Source of the DNA: Patescibacteria group bacterium
GTDB taxonomy: Bacteria > Patescibacteriota > Patescibacteriia > GWA2-46-9
Assembly: GCA_041660005.1 (NCBI GenBank)
Contig: JBAZXG010000004.1
Span: 69,720 to 133,719, forward strand
DNA length: 64,000 bases
Reading direction: 5' to 3'
The notes beneath the pieces were generated by a model. The model was not told where the DNA came from, made no database searches, and saw nothing but the letters and a program-made list of their open reading frames with translations. This document shows, one piece after another, positions 48,863 through 59,021 of this stretch (its first letter is position 1; each line of letters begins with the position of its first letter). Position numbers and translations under genes: made by a program.

Positions 48863-48907
48863 CTTCTAGTTTGAGCAAAATTTTGAGTTAAAACAAGCAA
48901 AATTATT

Positions 48908-48941
48908 AAAACAAAACCCCCGGAAACGGGGGTTTTGTTTT
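48908..48941 (+). terminator. Intrinsic terminator with GAAA tetraloop
   Basis: AAAACAAAACCCCCG-GAAA-CGGGGGTTTTGTTTT. Confidence 0.9.
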
Positions 48942-49133
48942 CAACAAGACATTATTACACAAATATGCTATAATTATTTCATGACACACAATAGTCTTAT
49001 GACTAGAAATGTAGTATGAAAGAGTTAAGGTCGATCTCTTTCATCAAAGGAATTAAAGGAATCCGTACATTTTCCTAAAATAGGGGGTACGGTTTTTTAA
49101 TTATTTATCATAAATCTTAAACAAATACTAAGT

Positions 49134-50687
49134 ATGAAGCACTTTAGGAATTCGCTTCGTGGACTCAGTGTTACCATGGTTACGCTCGTAACTATGGCGA
49201 CCGGTACAACGGCTGCTTTGGCGGCGCTAACCTACGGAGCAACGACCGTCACAACTGACGGCGTTTACACACTCGATGGAGTCGCCGCCTCTGTGTACAC
49301 CGTTGGTGGCTCAACGACAACAGGTACGATCACGATTGGCGGCACCGCTCAAACGGGTGCTATAGCTATTGGTGATACCGCCTCTTCAACAGTCTCAGAA
49401 ATTTCTATTGGTGGTGGCGACGGAATTAAAACCGCTATCAACATCGGTGATGGAACCGGAGCAAATGGTATCAATATTGGTGGTACTGGAGCTAATACGA
49501 TTGCCATTGGTAACACCCAAACTGGCGGCTCGGTCAGCATTGGTGCAGCGATGACCGGTGGTACGATCACAATCGGTGGAACTGGTCTACAGGTCGGGAC
49601 CATTGGTATTGGTACCGGTACTGGTGCTCAAGGCATTAACCTTGGAACTGGCGGGACAGGTGCGAAAACCATTGCCATTGGTGGAACCGCAGCAAACGTT
49701 ATTACGTTAGGTAACACCCAAACTGGTGGTTCAGTCAGCATCGGTGCTGCGATGACAACAGGTACAGTTACGATCGGCAGCATGGTCTATACTCCAGCTA
49801 CCCATCCGGCAAGAGATGTATACCAATTTGGAGGAACTGGAAACAGTGCAAAGTTGGCAGTGTTTGCTGATAGTGGAAACGGTGAATATAACGCTTTTAG
49901 TATTCAAGGTGCATCAGCGGCAACCTCAGCTAGTGCTGGAGCAACTATTGGTAACTTTGGCGCTGTTTGGTATAACGCTGATTACAATAATGCATACTCA
50001 CTTGGGACTAAGAGAAATAGGTTTAACATAGGAGCAAACTATGATGCTGACCTTCTTTTGAGCTCTCCTCACCAAGTTAGAATTGTTGCGTCGGATAACA
50101 CAGTGACCGGTGGCGATGCTAACACAGCTACAACAAACGGCGTAGGTAACATTGTTATGATCAGCCGTTCTGATGTAAAAATCAGCCCTTGGGCACTTGC
50201 TGAGTCAGTCGGTAACAATTACCTCATCGTATCCGGAGTTACGCATACGGTAGCCAACCCAGCCCTGACGCCTGGCGTAGACCAATATGCTGCCGGCAAT
50301 ATTACCCTTGAAACAAACGCTGGCGACTTAGTCCTCCAGCCGACTCAAGGTAACGTAACCGTTGGTGGTCATGTTCTGAAATCTATAGGTGCTGCTGTTG
50401 CCGCCGCTGGTACAGATCAGACTAACGGTGTCGCGCTGACCAAAGATATTAACAACGTGACTGGTGCCGACGGAACTAAAGGTGCCGTTCTTCCAACAGC
50501 TGTAGCTGGACTTGATATTACGGTGATTAACCAAGCTGGTAGTACCTTGAAACTGTATGGTTTCGCTGATGCCCAACAGATCAACGGTGTCGGTGGGGCT
50601 ACTGCATATTCTGTCGCTACTATCACTTCAGTACGATGTATAGCTATCTCAACTACCAACTGGGAATGTGAGAAATCAGCTCGCTAA
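49134..50687 (+). CDS. Secreted Gly/Thr-rich fibre- or adhesin-like protein
   Basis: Signal peptide (AALA); IxIG repeats; a duplicated block spaced 67 codons apart. Confidence 0.75.
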   Translation: MKHFRNSLRGLSVTMVTLVTMATGTTAALAALTYGATTVTTDGVYTLDGVAASVYTVGGSTTTGTITIGGTAQTGAIAIGDTASSTVSEISIGGGDGIKTAINIGDGTGANGINIGGTGANTIAIGNTQTGGSVSIGAAMTGGTITIGGTGLQVGTIGIGTGTGAQGINLGTGGTGAKTIAIGGTAANVITLGNTQTGGSVSIGAAMTTGTVTIGSMVYTPATHPARDVYQFGGTGNSAKLAVFADSGNGEYNAFSIQGASAATSASAGATIGNFGAVWYNADYNNAYSLGTKRNRFNIGANYDADLLLSSPHQVRIVASDNTVTGGDANTATTNGVGNIVMISRSDVKISPWALAESVGNNYLIVSGVTHTVANPALTPGVDQYAAGNITLETNAGDLVLQPTQGNVTVGGHVLKSIGAAVAAAGTDQTNGVALTKDINNVTGADGTKGAVLPTAVAGLDITVINQAGSTLKLYGFADAQQINGVGGATAYSVATITSVRCIAISTTNWECEKSAR

Positions 50688-50716
50688 CCGTGGTCTAATT
50701 TAGTTTAATTAATTAA

Positions 50717-51880
50717 ATGACCACGCCTATGGATAAAATAGTATCGAGGTGGCGTGTGCGGTCATGGCGGCTGGTTACCTCGTCTCTGGTCGTCGGCCTG
50801 GCAATAATTTCGGCCAGTGCAGCTTCCGCAGCAAGTCTGACCTACTCGTCTGATTCAACGGTTGCCTTAACATCGCCTGCAGTAAACTTCGTCATTGTTG
50901 CCGGTTCAACCGCGTCGGCACTGACTGTTGGAACAGGAAATGTTCAAGTAACAATTAACAACGGCGATTCGTTTACGCTCACCTCAGGAAGTGTTGACTT
51001 TGTTTTAACTGGCGTTGGTGGTGGAGTTACCTCTTCTTTGAGCTGCAACTCTTCTCATGTTGCGCAGGTAATTCTTAGCGCAGTTAGTGGTAGCGCAACA
51101 GTTACCATAGCTCCAGCTGCTGGTCTGTGTACCTACACCTCACCCGGTGGTGGCGGTGGCGGCAGTGGCGGCGGCAGTGGCGGTGGCGGCAGTGGCGGTG
51201 GCAGTATAACGCCAACACCCACGCCTACCCCAACACCTACACCGACTCCTACGCCTACCCCAAGTGGAGATGACTCAACACCATCCGGTAGTAACGAAGG
51301 AACGGTCACGCACTCTGATCTGCCAGATAGTTCCGAAGCTGGCGACGCAACACAACTCGTGGAACGCCTCGGTGTTCCACGTAACGAAGCTGCTGAAACT
51401 ACCAATAACACTAAAATTGGTGACAGCATGCGAGAGTTTGGTGTCACACTAGATGACCAAGCGAGGAATATTGGAACGAACTTTGTAACGTATGGTATTT
51501 CAGACGCTACGAACAAGCTTGGCAGTGGCGAACGCCTCGCGCTTTTGCGTGATCAACTGGAAACCCTCGGTCAGGTAAATCTAACTGCCCTGGAACAACT
51601 CGCGAATGGCGAAAAACCAACGGTCCGAAACCTGTCGAAAGAGCAACTACAACTTTCGAAGGTACTCAAGGCCTTCGTTAAGCTGACTGGTCACCGACCG
51701 AACTATCAGAACGCGAAAGAAGACCTAGCCTGGAACACGATGATGTATCGCGTACGCTTCTCACGTGATCTCGTGAAGGAACGTACGGGTATCGTTCGTT
51801 TTAAGGCAGTCTTCGGTTACACGCCGTCCTCTCCCCTTGACTGGGCGGTCGTTCGTGCCTACGGTTACGCCTTGCATTAG
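50717..51880 (+). CDS. Secreted protein with Gly/Ser and (PT)n linker and the same C-terminal domain as the 2909-aa protein
   Basis: Signal peptide (ASA); FVTYG...KLGSGER...PSSPLDWAVVRAYGY. Confidence 0.8.
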   Translation: MTTPMDKIVSRWRVRSWRLVTSSLVVGLAIISASAASAASLTYSSDSTVALTSPAVNFVIVAGSTASALTVGTGNVQVTINNGDSFTLTSGSVDFVLTGVGGGVTSSLSCNSSHVAQVILSAVSGSATVTIAPAAGLCTYTSPGGGGGGSGGGSGGGGSGGGSITPTPTPTPTPTPTPTPTPSGDDSTPSGSNEGTVTHSDLPDSSEAGDATQLVERLGVPRNEAAETTNNTKIGDSMREFGVTLDDQARNIGTNFVTYGISDATNKLGSGERLALLRDQLETLGQVNLTALEQLANGEKPTVRNLSKEQLQLSKVLKAFVKLTGHRPNYQNAKEDLAWNTMMYRVRFSRDLVKERTGIVRFKAVFGYTPSSPLDWAVVRAYGYALH

Positions 51881-51900
51881 TTTCAAGGTTTAACTCAGCA

Positions 51901-51934
51901 TAAAAAAGTCTCGGCCGCGGCCGAGACTTTTTTA
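51901..51934. terminator. Bidirectional terminator (perfect 34-bp palindrome)
   Basis: TAAAAAAGTCTCGGCCGCGGCCGAGACTTTTTTA between convergent genes. Confidence 0.88.
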
Positions 51935-51970
51935 TTTAACTGTCTTCACCACTTTAAATATTAAAAAAAC

Positions 51971-52615
51971 TTACTGCACATTAAAAACATTTTTCCTGCC
52001 ACTCCCTATTACTGTTCGCCGACCATTTTTGACCAACACTGCCTGCCTATCCGTTAACGCAATGACCTCGTACTTTGTTTTTTGAACTGCTTTTTTGATG
52101 GCAGACCTAAACCTTTCTTCAAAATGAGCGGTCACTAAAAAAGGGACCAAGTTTAACCCTTTAAAGTTTTTGAGTCCGACCGAATTTATGTCCGACGGTT
52201 TCCAGGAGGCAGCTTCAATAATCGGGCAGGCAACATAGCTGCCAGCGCTTAGTCCTAGATAAACCCCTCCCCTTTTTACAAAAGACTTTATCTCTTTGTC
52301 TAAACCTGTTTTTCTTATTCGATACAAATACTCAAAGGTGTTGCCGCCAAAAACGAAAATAACGTCAATACCTTTCAAATCACTTTTTTGAATTTTTCTG
52401 TTCAACTGAAAAAAAGTAACGTTCTTCTTTGGAATTTTGATACCTTTAAAATGCCTGAGTTGCCGCAGGATGTACTTATTTCGCTCGAGATACTTTATTG
52501 GCGTTACTACTAAAAAAATCCTAATTTCTGTTGGTTTCTTACGAACCAACTTCAAAAACGCTCTCCCTATTGCGGGGTTTTTCCACCAACCTGCCGAAGT
52601 TAAAAGTAGCTTCAT
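51971..52615 (-). CDS. Peptidase E / S51 family
   Basis: LLLTSAG, GGNTF, GLSAGS nucleophile and GLNLVPF..HF motifs. Confidence 0.88.
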   Translation of the reverse strand: MKLLLTSAGWWKNPAIGRAFLKLVRKKPTEIRIFLVVTPIKYLERNKYILRQLRHFKGIKIPKKNVTFFQLNRKIQKSDLKGIDVIFVFGGNTFEYLYRIRKTGLDKEIKSFVKRGGVYLGLSAGSYVACPIIEAASWKPSDINSVGLKNFKGLNLVPFLVTAHFEERFRSAIKKAVQKTKYEVIALTDRQAVLVKNGRRTVIGSGRKNVFNVQ

Positions 52616-52730
52616 GTTTTAATCGTACCAGAAACTGTAAAAGTAACATACTTTGTAAAACGCACTGAACACCGACTACGTAAACAGACGCTACCTTACT
52701 ATGATATAATTTTTATACTCATCGAAACAA

Positions 52731-55286
52731 ATGGACACAACACCAGAAACAGCAATAACTTTCACTAAAAATAGGCTGCTGCGATTTAGCGGCCTTGTTC
52801 TTTTGGTAGTAGTACTTTCTTTGCCAGTCTTTTTTTCAATTTTTAAAATTAACGACGCAGATACTGTCTTCTACCTTGCGGGCGGCAAACAACTACTCAA
52901 TAAGGGATTCAGCGAACAGTGTTTTTTTAGCTACGCCAGTGCTACCTGCCAGCATGGCTACAACGAATGGCTAACCTACGTCACTACCTACGTCACCTAC
53001 CTAGCTGGCGGCTGGAACGCTCTCGTTATGCTTCAGGTGGGCATCGTTCTCGCCATTTGGCTTCTTCTTCTTGTCTATCATCGCATTCGTTCGTATCGTC
53101 TTTTTACGTCAATCACTGTTCTCACCATTGCTTCGTTCATCGCCATGGAGCGATTTATGTTGCGTGCGGATCTCTTCGGCCTGTTATTTGCGGTGCTCAT
53201 TTTTATCTCCGTAAGTTTGAGTCTTAAACGAATTAAACAAAAACGACAGGGAGCATGGCGGTTTGCGCTTCTCGCTATTATGTCCCAACTTTTTTGGACA
53301 AATATGCATGGCTCCTTTCCTCTCGGATGGCTGATCACCGGTGCATTCCTCGCCGAAGAACTGTATCAAATAGTTTGGCGGCATTGGCGCGCACAAGAGC
53401 CAATAAAGATAACACAACCTTTGATTTATACATTAAAAATATTTCTGGCCAGTTTGGTGGTTAGTGTTATGAATCCTTTTGGCATCTCGGCACTGTTTTG
53501 GCCGTTTCAATTTTACTTCGGCACCGCTGAATTCCATGATCAACTTGAGTTTCTGAGCCCCTTTGCTTCGCTTAATTTTTTAACGTTTTCAGTTCACGTC
53601 TACCAAATAGCCGCCTTTGTCGTTAGTCTTCTACTTCTGGCTCGATGGAAAAAAATATCCCTTAGGGACGTCATTATTCTCGGCAGCTTTTTTTATCTTT
53701 CGACTACCGCCATTCGCTACATTGCCTTATTTGCTGTTTTTGCCGCACTCATTACGCCGACATACATTGATGATGCGATAACTGTACTTACCCAATGGGT
53801 GAAAAAAACTATCACGATTCCCCGACTCCTACCATTAATTGTTAAAGGTGCCTTCGTTGTCGGTTTTCTATTTATCGTCGGAAGAACCGAAGTAGCGCTT
53901 GCCAATAATAGATTCTATACAAACGAAATGCGTTCCAGACGGTTCGGGTTAGGGCTTTCTGAACTAGATTACCCAATTGGCGCTACTAACTTTATTTTAA
54001 ACCAACAACTGACCGGAAATATATTTAACGATTACGCCAGCGGAGCTTACCTAGACTGGGGGCTCTATCCGGCGCACCAAACATTCATTGATGGCGACAC
54101 CTACACGCTCGACTTGCTTAAACAGTATCGCGACATTGTTGCAGGAGCTATCCCTTACCAAACGATAGTCGAACAATACAATATCAACTATTTTTTGCTC
54201 TCATTTACTCACGACGACACCGCACCCCTCATTGCTTCGCTCGCAAAAGACATAGCGTGGACACCGGTCTATTTTGACGAAACATCAATCTTCTATGCCA
54301 GAAAAATTCCTGGAAATCAAAAACTTATCGACACCTATAGCATCGATTTTGCTTCGGGAAAAAACTTTGACCACGCAACTCTTCCGACGTTTCGAGAACC
54401 CACAAATACTGCCATCGGGTATGGCGCCAGAGGAAGTTTTTTTGCCACGATTGGTTTCTTTGACCTCGCCTATGACCAATTTGAACGAGCAGTTTCTGCC
54501 GACTCAGAGAATGCTCTTGCGCAATTTGGACTCGCCCGCATCGCTGACAAACTCAACAAAAGTGAAGAGGCCGAAGCAGCATACCGTAAAGCATACGAGC
54601 TCATGCCATCCTACGCAAATATTCACTATTATCTAGGGTTGCATTATTATTCGCTGAATAGCTACGATAAAGCTGCTAACGAATTCAAACGAACTCTTGC
54701 CATCAACAGTAACTACCCCGAGGCGCACTACTACTTAGGGCTAACCAACGAAGCGCAAGGTAATGTTACTGATGCGATCCAAGAATATAAAAAAGAGCTT
54801 TCGGTGAACGCCGACTCTGAAGAAGGCAGAGATGCACTTCGTCGACTTAATCAACCGTCCTTGCCCGCGGGAAACGCACAACCAACAAATAACACGAGTA
54901 GTGCAAGCGAGCAAAAGTTACAGGACGCAAAAGTCAAATTTGACCTTGGAGTTACGTTGGGACAAGAAAAAAACTTCACCGAAGCAGCTAAGGCTTTTGA
55001 ATCGTCTATCGCTCTCAGCCCACTCTCGGCCACAGCACACTTTAATCTTGGAAATACCTACTACTGGCTCGGCCGCTACAGCGACGCAGCGCGTGAGCTA
55101 GAGCAAGGCGTATCTATTGACCCAAGCCAAACTCAGATGTATCTCAATCTTGGATCGCTCTACGCCAACCAACTTCACGACTCGACAAAAGCGGTGGCTT
55201 CCTGGAAAAAATTCATCGAGCTCGCTCCCAATGACCCTGCCTCTGCTGGAGTCCGCCAACAAATAGAAGCGGCGACAAAAAAATAA
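52731..55286 (+). CDS. Multi-pass membrane protein (GT-C-like) with C-terminal TPR repeats
   Basis: Many TM segments with D..F.L..G, EWL, WTNMHGSF, NPFG and FIDG; about 8 TPR-like units. Confidence 0.8.
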   Translation: MDTTPETAITFTKNRLLRFSGLVLLVVVLSLPVFFSIFKINDADTVFYLAGGKQLLNKGFSEQCFFSYASATCQHGYNEWLTYVTTYVTYLAGGWNALVMLQVGIVLAIWLLLLVYHRIRSYRLFTSITVLTIASFIAMERFMLRADLFGLLFAVLIFISVSLSLKRIKQKRQGAWRFALLAIMSQLFWTNMHGSFPLGWLITGAFLAEELYQIVWRHWRAQEPIKITQPLIYTLKIFLASLVVSVMNPFGISALFWPFQFYFGTAEFHDQLEFLSPFASLNFLTFSVHVYQIAAFVVSLLLLARWKKISLRDVIILGSFFYLSTTAIRYIALFAVFAALITPTYIDDAITVLTQWVKKTITIPRLLPLIVKGAFVVGFLFIVGRTEVALANNRFYTNEMRSRRFGLGLSELDYPIGATNFILNQQLTGNIFNDYASGAYLDWGLYPAHQTFIDGDTYTLDLLKQYRDIVAGAIPYQTIVEQYNINYFLLSFTHDDTAPLIASLAKDIAWTPVYFDETSIFYARKIPGNQKLIDTYSIDFASGKNFDHATLPTFREPTNTAIGYGARGSFFATIGFFDLAYDQFERAVSADSENALAQFGLARIADKLNKSEEAEAAYRKAYELMPSYANIHYYLGLHYYSLNSYDKAANEFKRTLAINSNYPEAHYYLGLTNEAQGNVTDAIQEYKKELSVNADSEEGRDALRRLNQPSLPAGNAQPTNNTSSASEQKLQDAKVKFDLGVTLGQEKNFTEAAKAFESSIALSPLSATAHFNLGNTYYWLGRYSDAARELEQGVSIDPSQTQMYLNLGSLYANQLHDSTKAVASWKKFIELAPNDPASAGVRQQIEAATKK

Positions 55287-55508
55287 ATTTTGTTATTTAG
55301 CTACGTTCTTTTTCTAGCGCAAAAATGTTGCGCCTCGTCAAAAGGCTAAACTTATCGAGAAACAGTACCCATTTAACGCGGACCCTTGCTTTTTTCAAGG
55401 GATTCATGTATCCTCTTATGTACAAAAGTACACCAACCGTGGATATCAGTCGAATGTCCGCAGAGGTCGACATTTGCGACTTATTCACAACTTATGCTTT
55501 AAAACCAT

Positions 55509-55709
55509 ATGACAGGAAAAATCAAGCGATTAGCAACTGACAAGGGATTCGGCTTTATCACACCCGACGGGTCTGATAAGGACGTTTTCTTTCACAGTTC
55601 AGCTCTCGTAGGAGTTTCGTTTACGGACCTCCACGAAGGCGACGAAGTATCGTTCGAGACCGAGGACTCTGAAAAGGGTCTCCGCGCCAAGAACGTTCAA
55701 CGCGTCTAA
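55509..55709 (+). CDS. cspA: Cold-shock protein
   Basis: KGFGFI (RNP1) and DVFFH (RNP2) motifs. Confidence 0.95.
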   Translation: MTGKIKRLATDKGFGFITPDGSDKDVFFHSSALVGVSFTDLHEGDEVSFETEDSEKGLRAKNVQRV

Positions 55710-55723
55710 GCATTGACTCAAAC

Positions 55724-55753
55724 AAAAAACCGCCCCCTCGTGGGGCGGTTTTT
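55724..55753. terminator. Bidirectional terminator
   Basis: AAAAAACCGCCCC-CTCGT-GGGGCGGTTTTT. Confidence 0.88.
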
Positions 55754-55784
55754 CGTTTGACGTCCTTTTGGCTGCGCGAGCAAC

Positions 55785-56693
55785 CTATCCTTTCGCTTCA
55801 GTGAACACTTTGTAAAACCGATAATAATGTTCACCCATTTGTTTCGCTGCTTCTTCTCGGCTCATTTTCTTGTCACGCATGGCTACCAGTGCTTCCCAAA
55901 AAACAGTGCGCCCTACTGCAAAGCCAACGACGCCATCAAGAACTGCACCGGCTCTGAGCCACAAGTCAACCTGCGCCGCATCTGCTCCGCGACCAAGCAC
56001 AATAATCGCCGCTTGAGTGCGACCTCCTACTCGTGCTTGCGCTACAACATCTGCATAATGAGCCGTCTCGGTAAAGCCTTCAATTTTCCAAATATCCGGA
56101 TCGGCTCCGCCATCTTGAATTTCTTTAATCATCCTCACCGCCAGCTCCGGTCGAATTTCTTGATCATAACGCTCTTTGTCTCCACCGACAGATTCCATCT
56201 GCGCGTCAGTTGCTGGAATTAATGGTTCAATGAGAAACTTATAACCATTGGCTTTGGAGAAATCACTAATAACTTTGAGCTTCTCTCGTTGACGGGCATT
56301 TAATGCCGCTTCGTCGTCTGGGTTATATCGAAGAAGAACCTTACTAAACGTTGGCTTAAATTTATTTAGGTGTGCGCCGAATTCGTCACCATACTCAAAA
56401 TCAAATTCCTTTTGTCCACTTTTTTCAGTGCTTACTGCTACCAAAAAACCCTTACGAACGGCGTCACTAATGACTTCACTGCCAAAACTTTCGTCAACCA
56501 AAATGGTTGCCGCACTCACTGGCACACCTAGTTTAACGCCCTGCTGGAATCCTTCGTAAATTACTTTTTTGTAATCGCAGAGTAATTTGTATTCGTCGCT
56601 CGTTAGTTCACGGTCTGCCGCACCAATAATTTTTTGAAACGAACTGCGGTGATCAAAGGGTAGAACAAAAAGCGGCTGATTGTTTTGATACAT
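55785..56693 (-). CDS. Class I aldolase-like TIM barrel (DUF2090/LacD-related)
   Basis: PFDHR, PDIWKIEG, VLGRG and GFAVGRT motifs. Confidence 0.85.
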   Translation of the reverse strand: MYQNNQPLFVLPFDHRSSFQKIIGAADRELTSDEYKLLCDYKKVIYEGFQQGVKLGVPVSAATILVDESFGSEVISDAVRKGFLVAVSTEKSGQKEFDFEYGDEFGAHLNKFKPTFSKVLLRYNPDDEAALNARQREKLKVISDFSKANGYKFLIEPLIPATDAQMESVGGDKERYDQEIRPELAVRMIKEIQDGGADPDIWKIEGFTETAHYADVVAQARVGGRTQAAIIVLGRGADAAQVDLWLRAGAVLDGVVGFAVGRTVFWEALVAMRDKKMSREEAAKQMGEHYYRFYKVFTEAKG

Positions 56694-56699
56694 AATAAA

Positions 56700-57641
56700 T
56701 TAATTATCTCTATGGTGCGTCGTAATATAACGAAGCGTTTTGGACGCTCCTCGAAGCACCATGGAGTGAGTAATGATCTGATCTGACTTAAACAGCACCC
56801 CTTGTAGCATTGGGCCGGTTACTACTCCGGTTGCCGTGAAGGTCAGTTTATCCCCTTTTGCTAAGTCTTCAGCAGTGAAGATGCGATTAATGTCACCAAT
56901 GCCACACGCCCGAATTTCTTTTTCGTCTTCAGCGCTTCGTGGTTTAAATCGACAAAGAATTTCACCACCCATAATTTTGACCGGCGCAGCAGCGAGCACC
57001 GCCTCGGTACTACCACCTATTCCCATGAGGACATCAATACCACTTTCGCTCTGGCAAGTAGCTACCGCAGCAGCCACGTCCCCGTCGGTAATGAGTAACA
57101 CTCTTGCTCCCACCCGTCGAATTTCGGAAATAAGCGTTTCATGGCGCGGCCTATCTAAAACAACAACCGTAATTTCTGCAATATCTTTACTAAGAGCTTT
57201 TGCTGCTCTGGTCAAATTTTCTTCGACCGACGCATCAAGATTTATAACCTTGGCGCCCTTCGGCCCAATAGCAATCTTGTCCATATAGGTATCAGGGGCG
57301 GACAATAAACTCCCTTTGGGACCCGTCACAATGACCGCCAAAGCATTGGGTAGCCCCTTAGCAACACTGTCCGTCGCTTCAAGCGGATCGACAGCAATAT
57401 CCATTTCTGGCCCGTCACCCTTACCCACCTTTTCACCGGTATAGAGCTCTGGTGCCTCATCCTTTTTCCCCTCTCCAATAACAATAGTTCCCTTAAAATC
57501 CATTTGGTTAAACCGCGACCGCATGGCCTCAACCGCCGCACCGTCTGCGGCATGCCGGTCGCCGCGTCCCATCCAACGCGCTGCAGCAATGGCCGCCGCT
57601 TCAGTGACACGCACAAACGACAATGAAAGATTTTTGTCCAT
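56700..57641 (-). CDS. glpX: Class II fructose-1,6-bisphosphatase
   Basis: RVTEAAA, VIGEG.KDEAP, AVDPLE, APDTYM, DRPRH and DGDV motifs. Confidence 0.95.
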   Translation of the reverse strand: MDKNLSLSFVRVTEAAAIAAARWMGRGDRHAADGAAVEAMRSRFNQMDFKGTIVIGEGKKDEAPELYTGEKVGKGDGPEMDIAVDPLEATDSVAKGLPNALAVIVTGPKGSLLSAPDTYMDKIAIGPKGAKVINLDASVEENLTRAAKALSKDIAEITVVVLDRPRHETLISEIRRVGARVLLITDGDVAAAVATCQSESGIDVLMGIGGSTEAVLAAAPVKIMGGEILCRFKPRSAEDEKEIRACGIGDINRIFTAEDLAKGDKLTFTATGVVTGPMLQGVLFKSDQIITHSMVLRGASKTLRYITTHHRDN

Positions 57642-57733
57642 GCTATTTATTCACTTATTGAGAGTATTCGAAGGTCAACAATGTCAACTGGATATTACAC
57701 TATCCAAGAAAGTCCTCAGTAACCGAAAATTCT

Positions 57734-58888
57734 TTACCGCCACTCTCTGATACTCTCCACCTTCACTTTTGTCACGGCGCCAATGGCCATCAGCAACAAC
57801 CCAAATTGCACTAACCAGCCGAGAAGCGGCACGAATCCTAGGCAAAAATAAACAGCAACGCCCAAAAGAAGCGTCTTCCATGATACGTCCACTGTTGTTT
57901 GCTTCGTAATGAGCTTAAAGAGAAAACTTCCAAGAAGTATCGGCGCAAGAAAACTGGAGAAAATTAATCCGGCAACAAAACCAATAATACCAAGAACACC
58001 GAATGGGATACCGACAACTGTTATCAGTAGAAAAACCGATACTATCGGCAGCACGATCATGACAACAGCACCTCTGCCTAGTTCTGTAAGTGGGCTATGA
58101 TAAACATTCTTCGTAATCTCTAGTGCATACTTTCGAAGCAAAAGCCCTACCACAAAAGCTCCAACGAGAAGAATGAGCAGCTTCATCACGGCAAAAGCAG
58201 CAATAAATGAACGTGCTTCTTTTCTCAATCCCTCACGCGCCAAAGTCTGCGGCGTATAATGAACCGTTCCTATAATCTGCCCACCGGGTACGATCACGAC
58301 CTCTTGAGATGATTTATACGTTAAATTTCCGGAGAGTATGGCCTTACTCCCGAGCGTCAGCTTTTCTGCAACAACATCAACGTCTCCTGCGATTGGTGCA
58401 TTAATATAAAGTTCTCCGCCAGCGAAACGAACTTTGCCTTGAACCGGTGAATCAATGCGCACTGAACCTCCGGCAACAACCACATCTCTTCCAACTTCAC
58501 CACCGGTAAGAAGAAGTTGACCACCCGCACCAACCACATCGTTTTTGACTTTACTTTCTATTGTGATATTACCACCCAAGACGCGAACGCTTCCGCCAAC
58601 ACTACCAAAAAAAGTAATAGTTCCACCAGCGGCGTTGACAGACTGACTTACTGGTCCGGTTACAACAACATTACCACCGGCAGTCACTATGTCTCCTTCA
58701 ATCGAACCAGAGCTGTTGACGCTACTACCTACCATGTAGAGATCGTCCTTAACGGTCTCAGCGCTCCCCACGGCAGTTTGCTCTCCGCTTCTTAACTCAG
58801 CAGCAAAGCTCGCGACTGGCAAAGTAGCAAAAATAAGAGCCGTCAATGCAAACCAAAGCGAAATCCGAGAAAATAGTTTAGTTTTCAT
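57734..58888 (-). CDS. Bactofilin-like beta-helix (polymer-forming cytoskeletal) protein with C-terminal TM helices
   Basis: Signal peptide; repeated (V/I)xGD(V/L)xxAGG units; hydrophobic C-terminus. Confidence 0.8.
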   Translation of the reverse strand: MKTKLFSRISLWFALTALIFATLPVASFAAELRSGEQTAVGSAETVKDDLYMVGSSVNSSGSIEGDIVTAGGNVVVTGPVSQSVNAAGGTITFFGSVGGSVRVLGGNITIESKVKNDVVGAGGQLLLTGGEVGRDVVVAGGSVRIDSPVQGKVRFAGGELYINAPIAGDVDVVAEKLTLGSKAILSGNLTYKSSQEVVIVPGGQIIGTVHYTPQTLAREGLRKEARSFIAAFAVMKLLILLVGAFVVGLLLRKYALEITKNVYHSPLTELGRGAVVMIVLPIVSVFLLITVVGIPFGVLGIIGFVAGLIFSSFLAPILLGSFLFKLITKQTTVDVSWKTLLLGVAVYFCLGFVPLLGWLVQFGLLLMAIGAVTKVKVESIREWR

Positions 58889-59021
58889 ATTTTATAAATA
58901 AAGAATACGGCTGCTTAAACTATAGCAAAAAAAGCTTTGTACACGAAGTGATGGAAACTTAACCCAAAAAAACATCGCTTTGCCAATGATTTCTAAAAAC
59001 CCTACTGCAAGTGTAAAAAAG

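Noticed and set aside
51143-51262. GGC/AGT and CC.AC. tandem repeats as a possible array
   Set aside because: They encode a Gly/Ser and (PT)n linker; no repeat-spacer structure.
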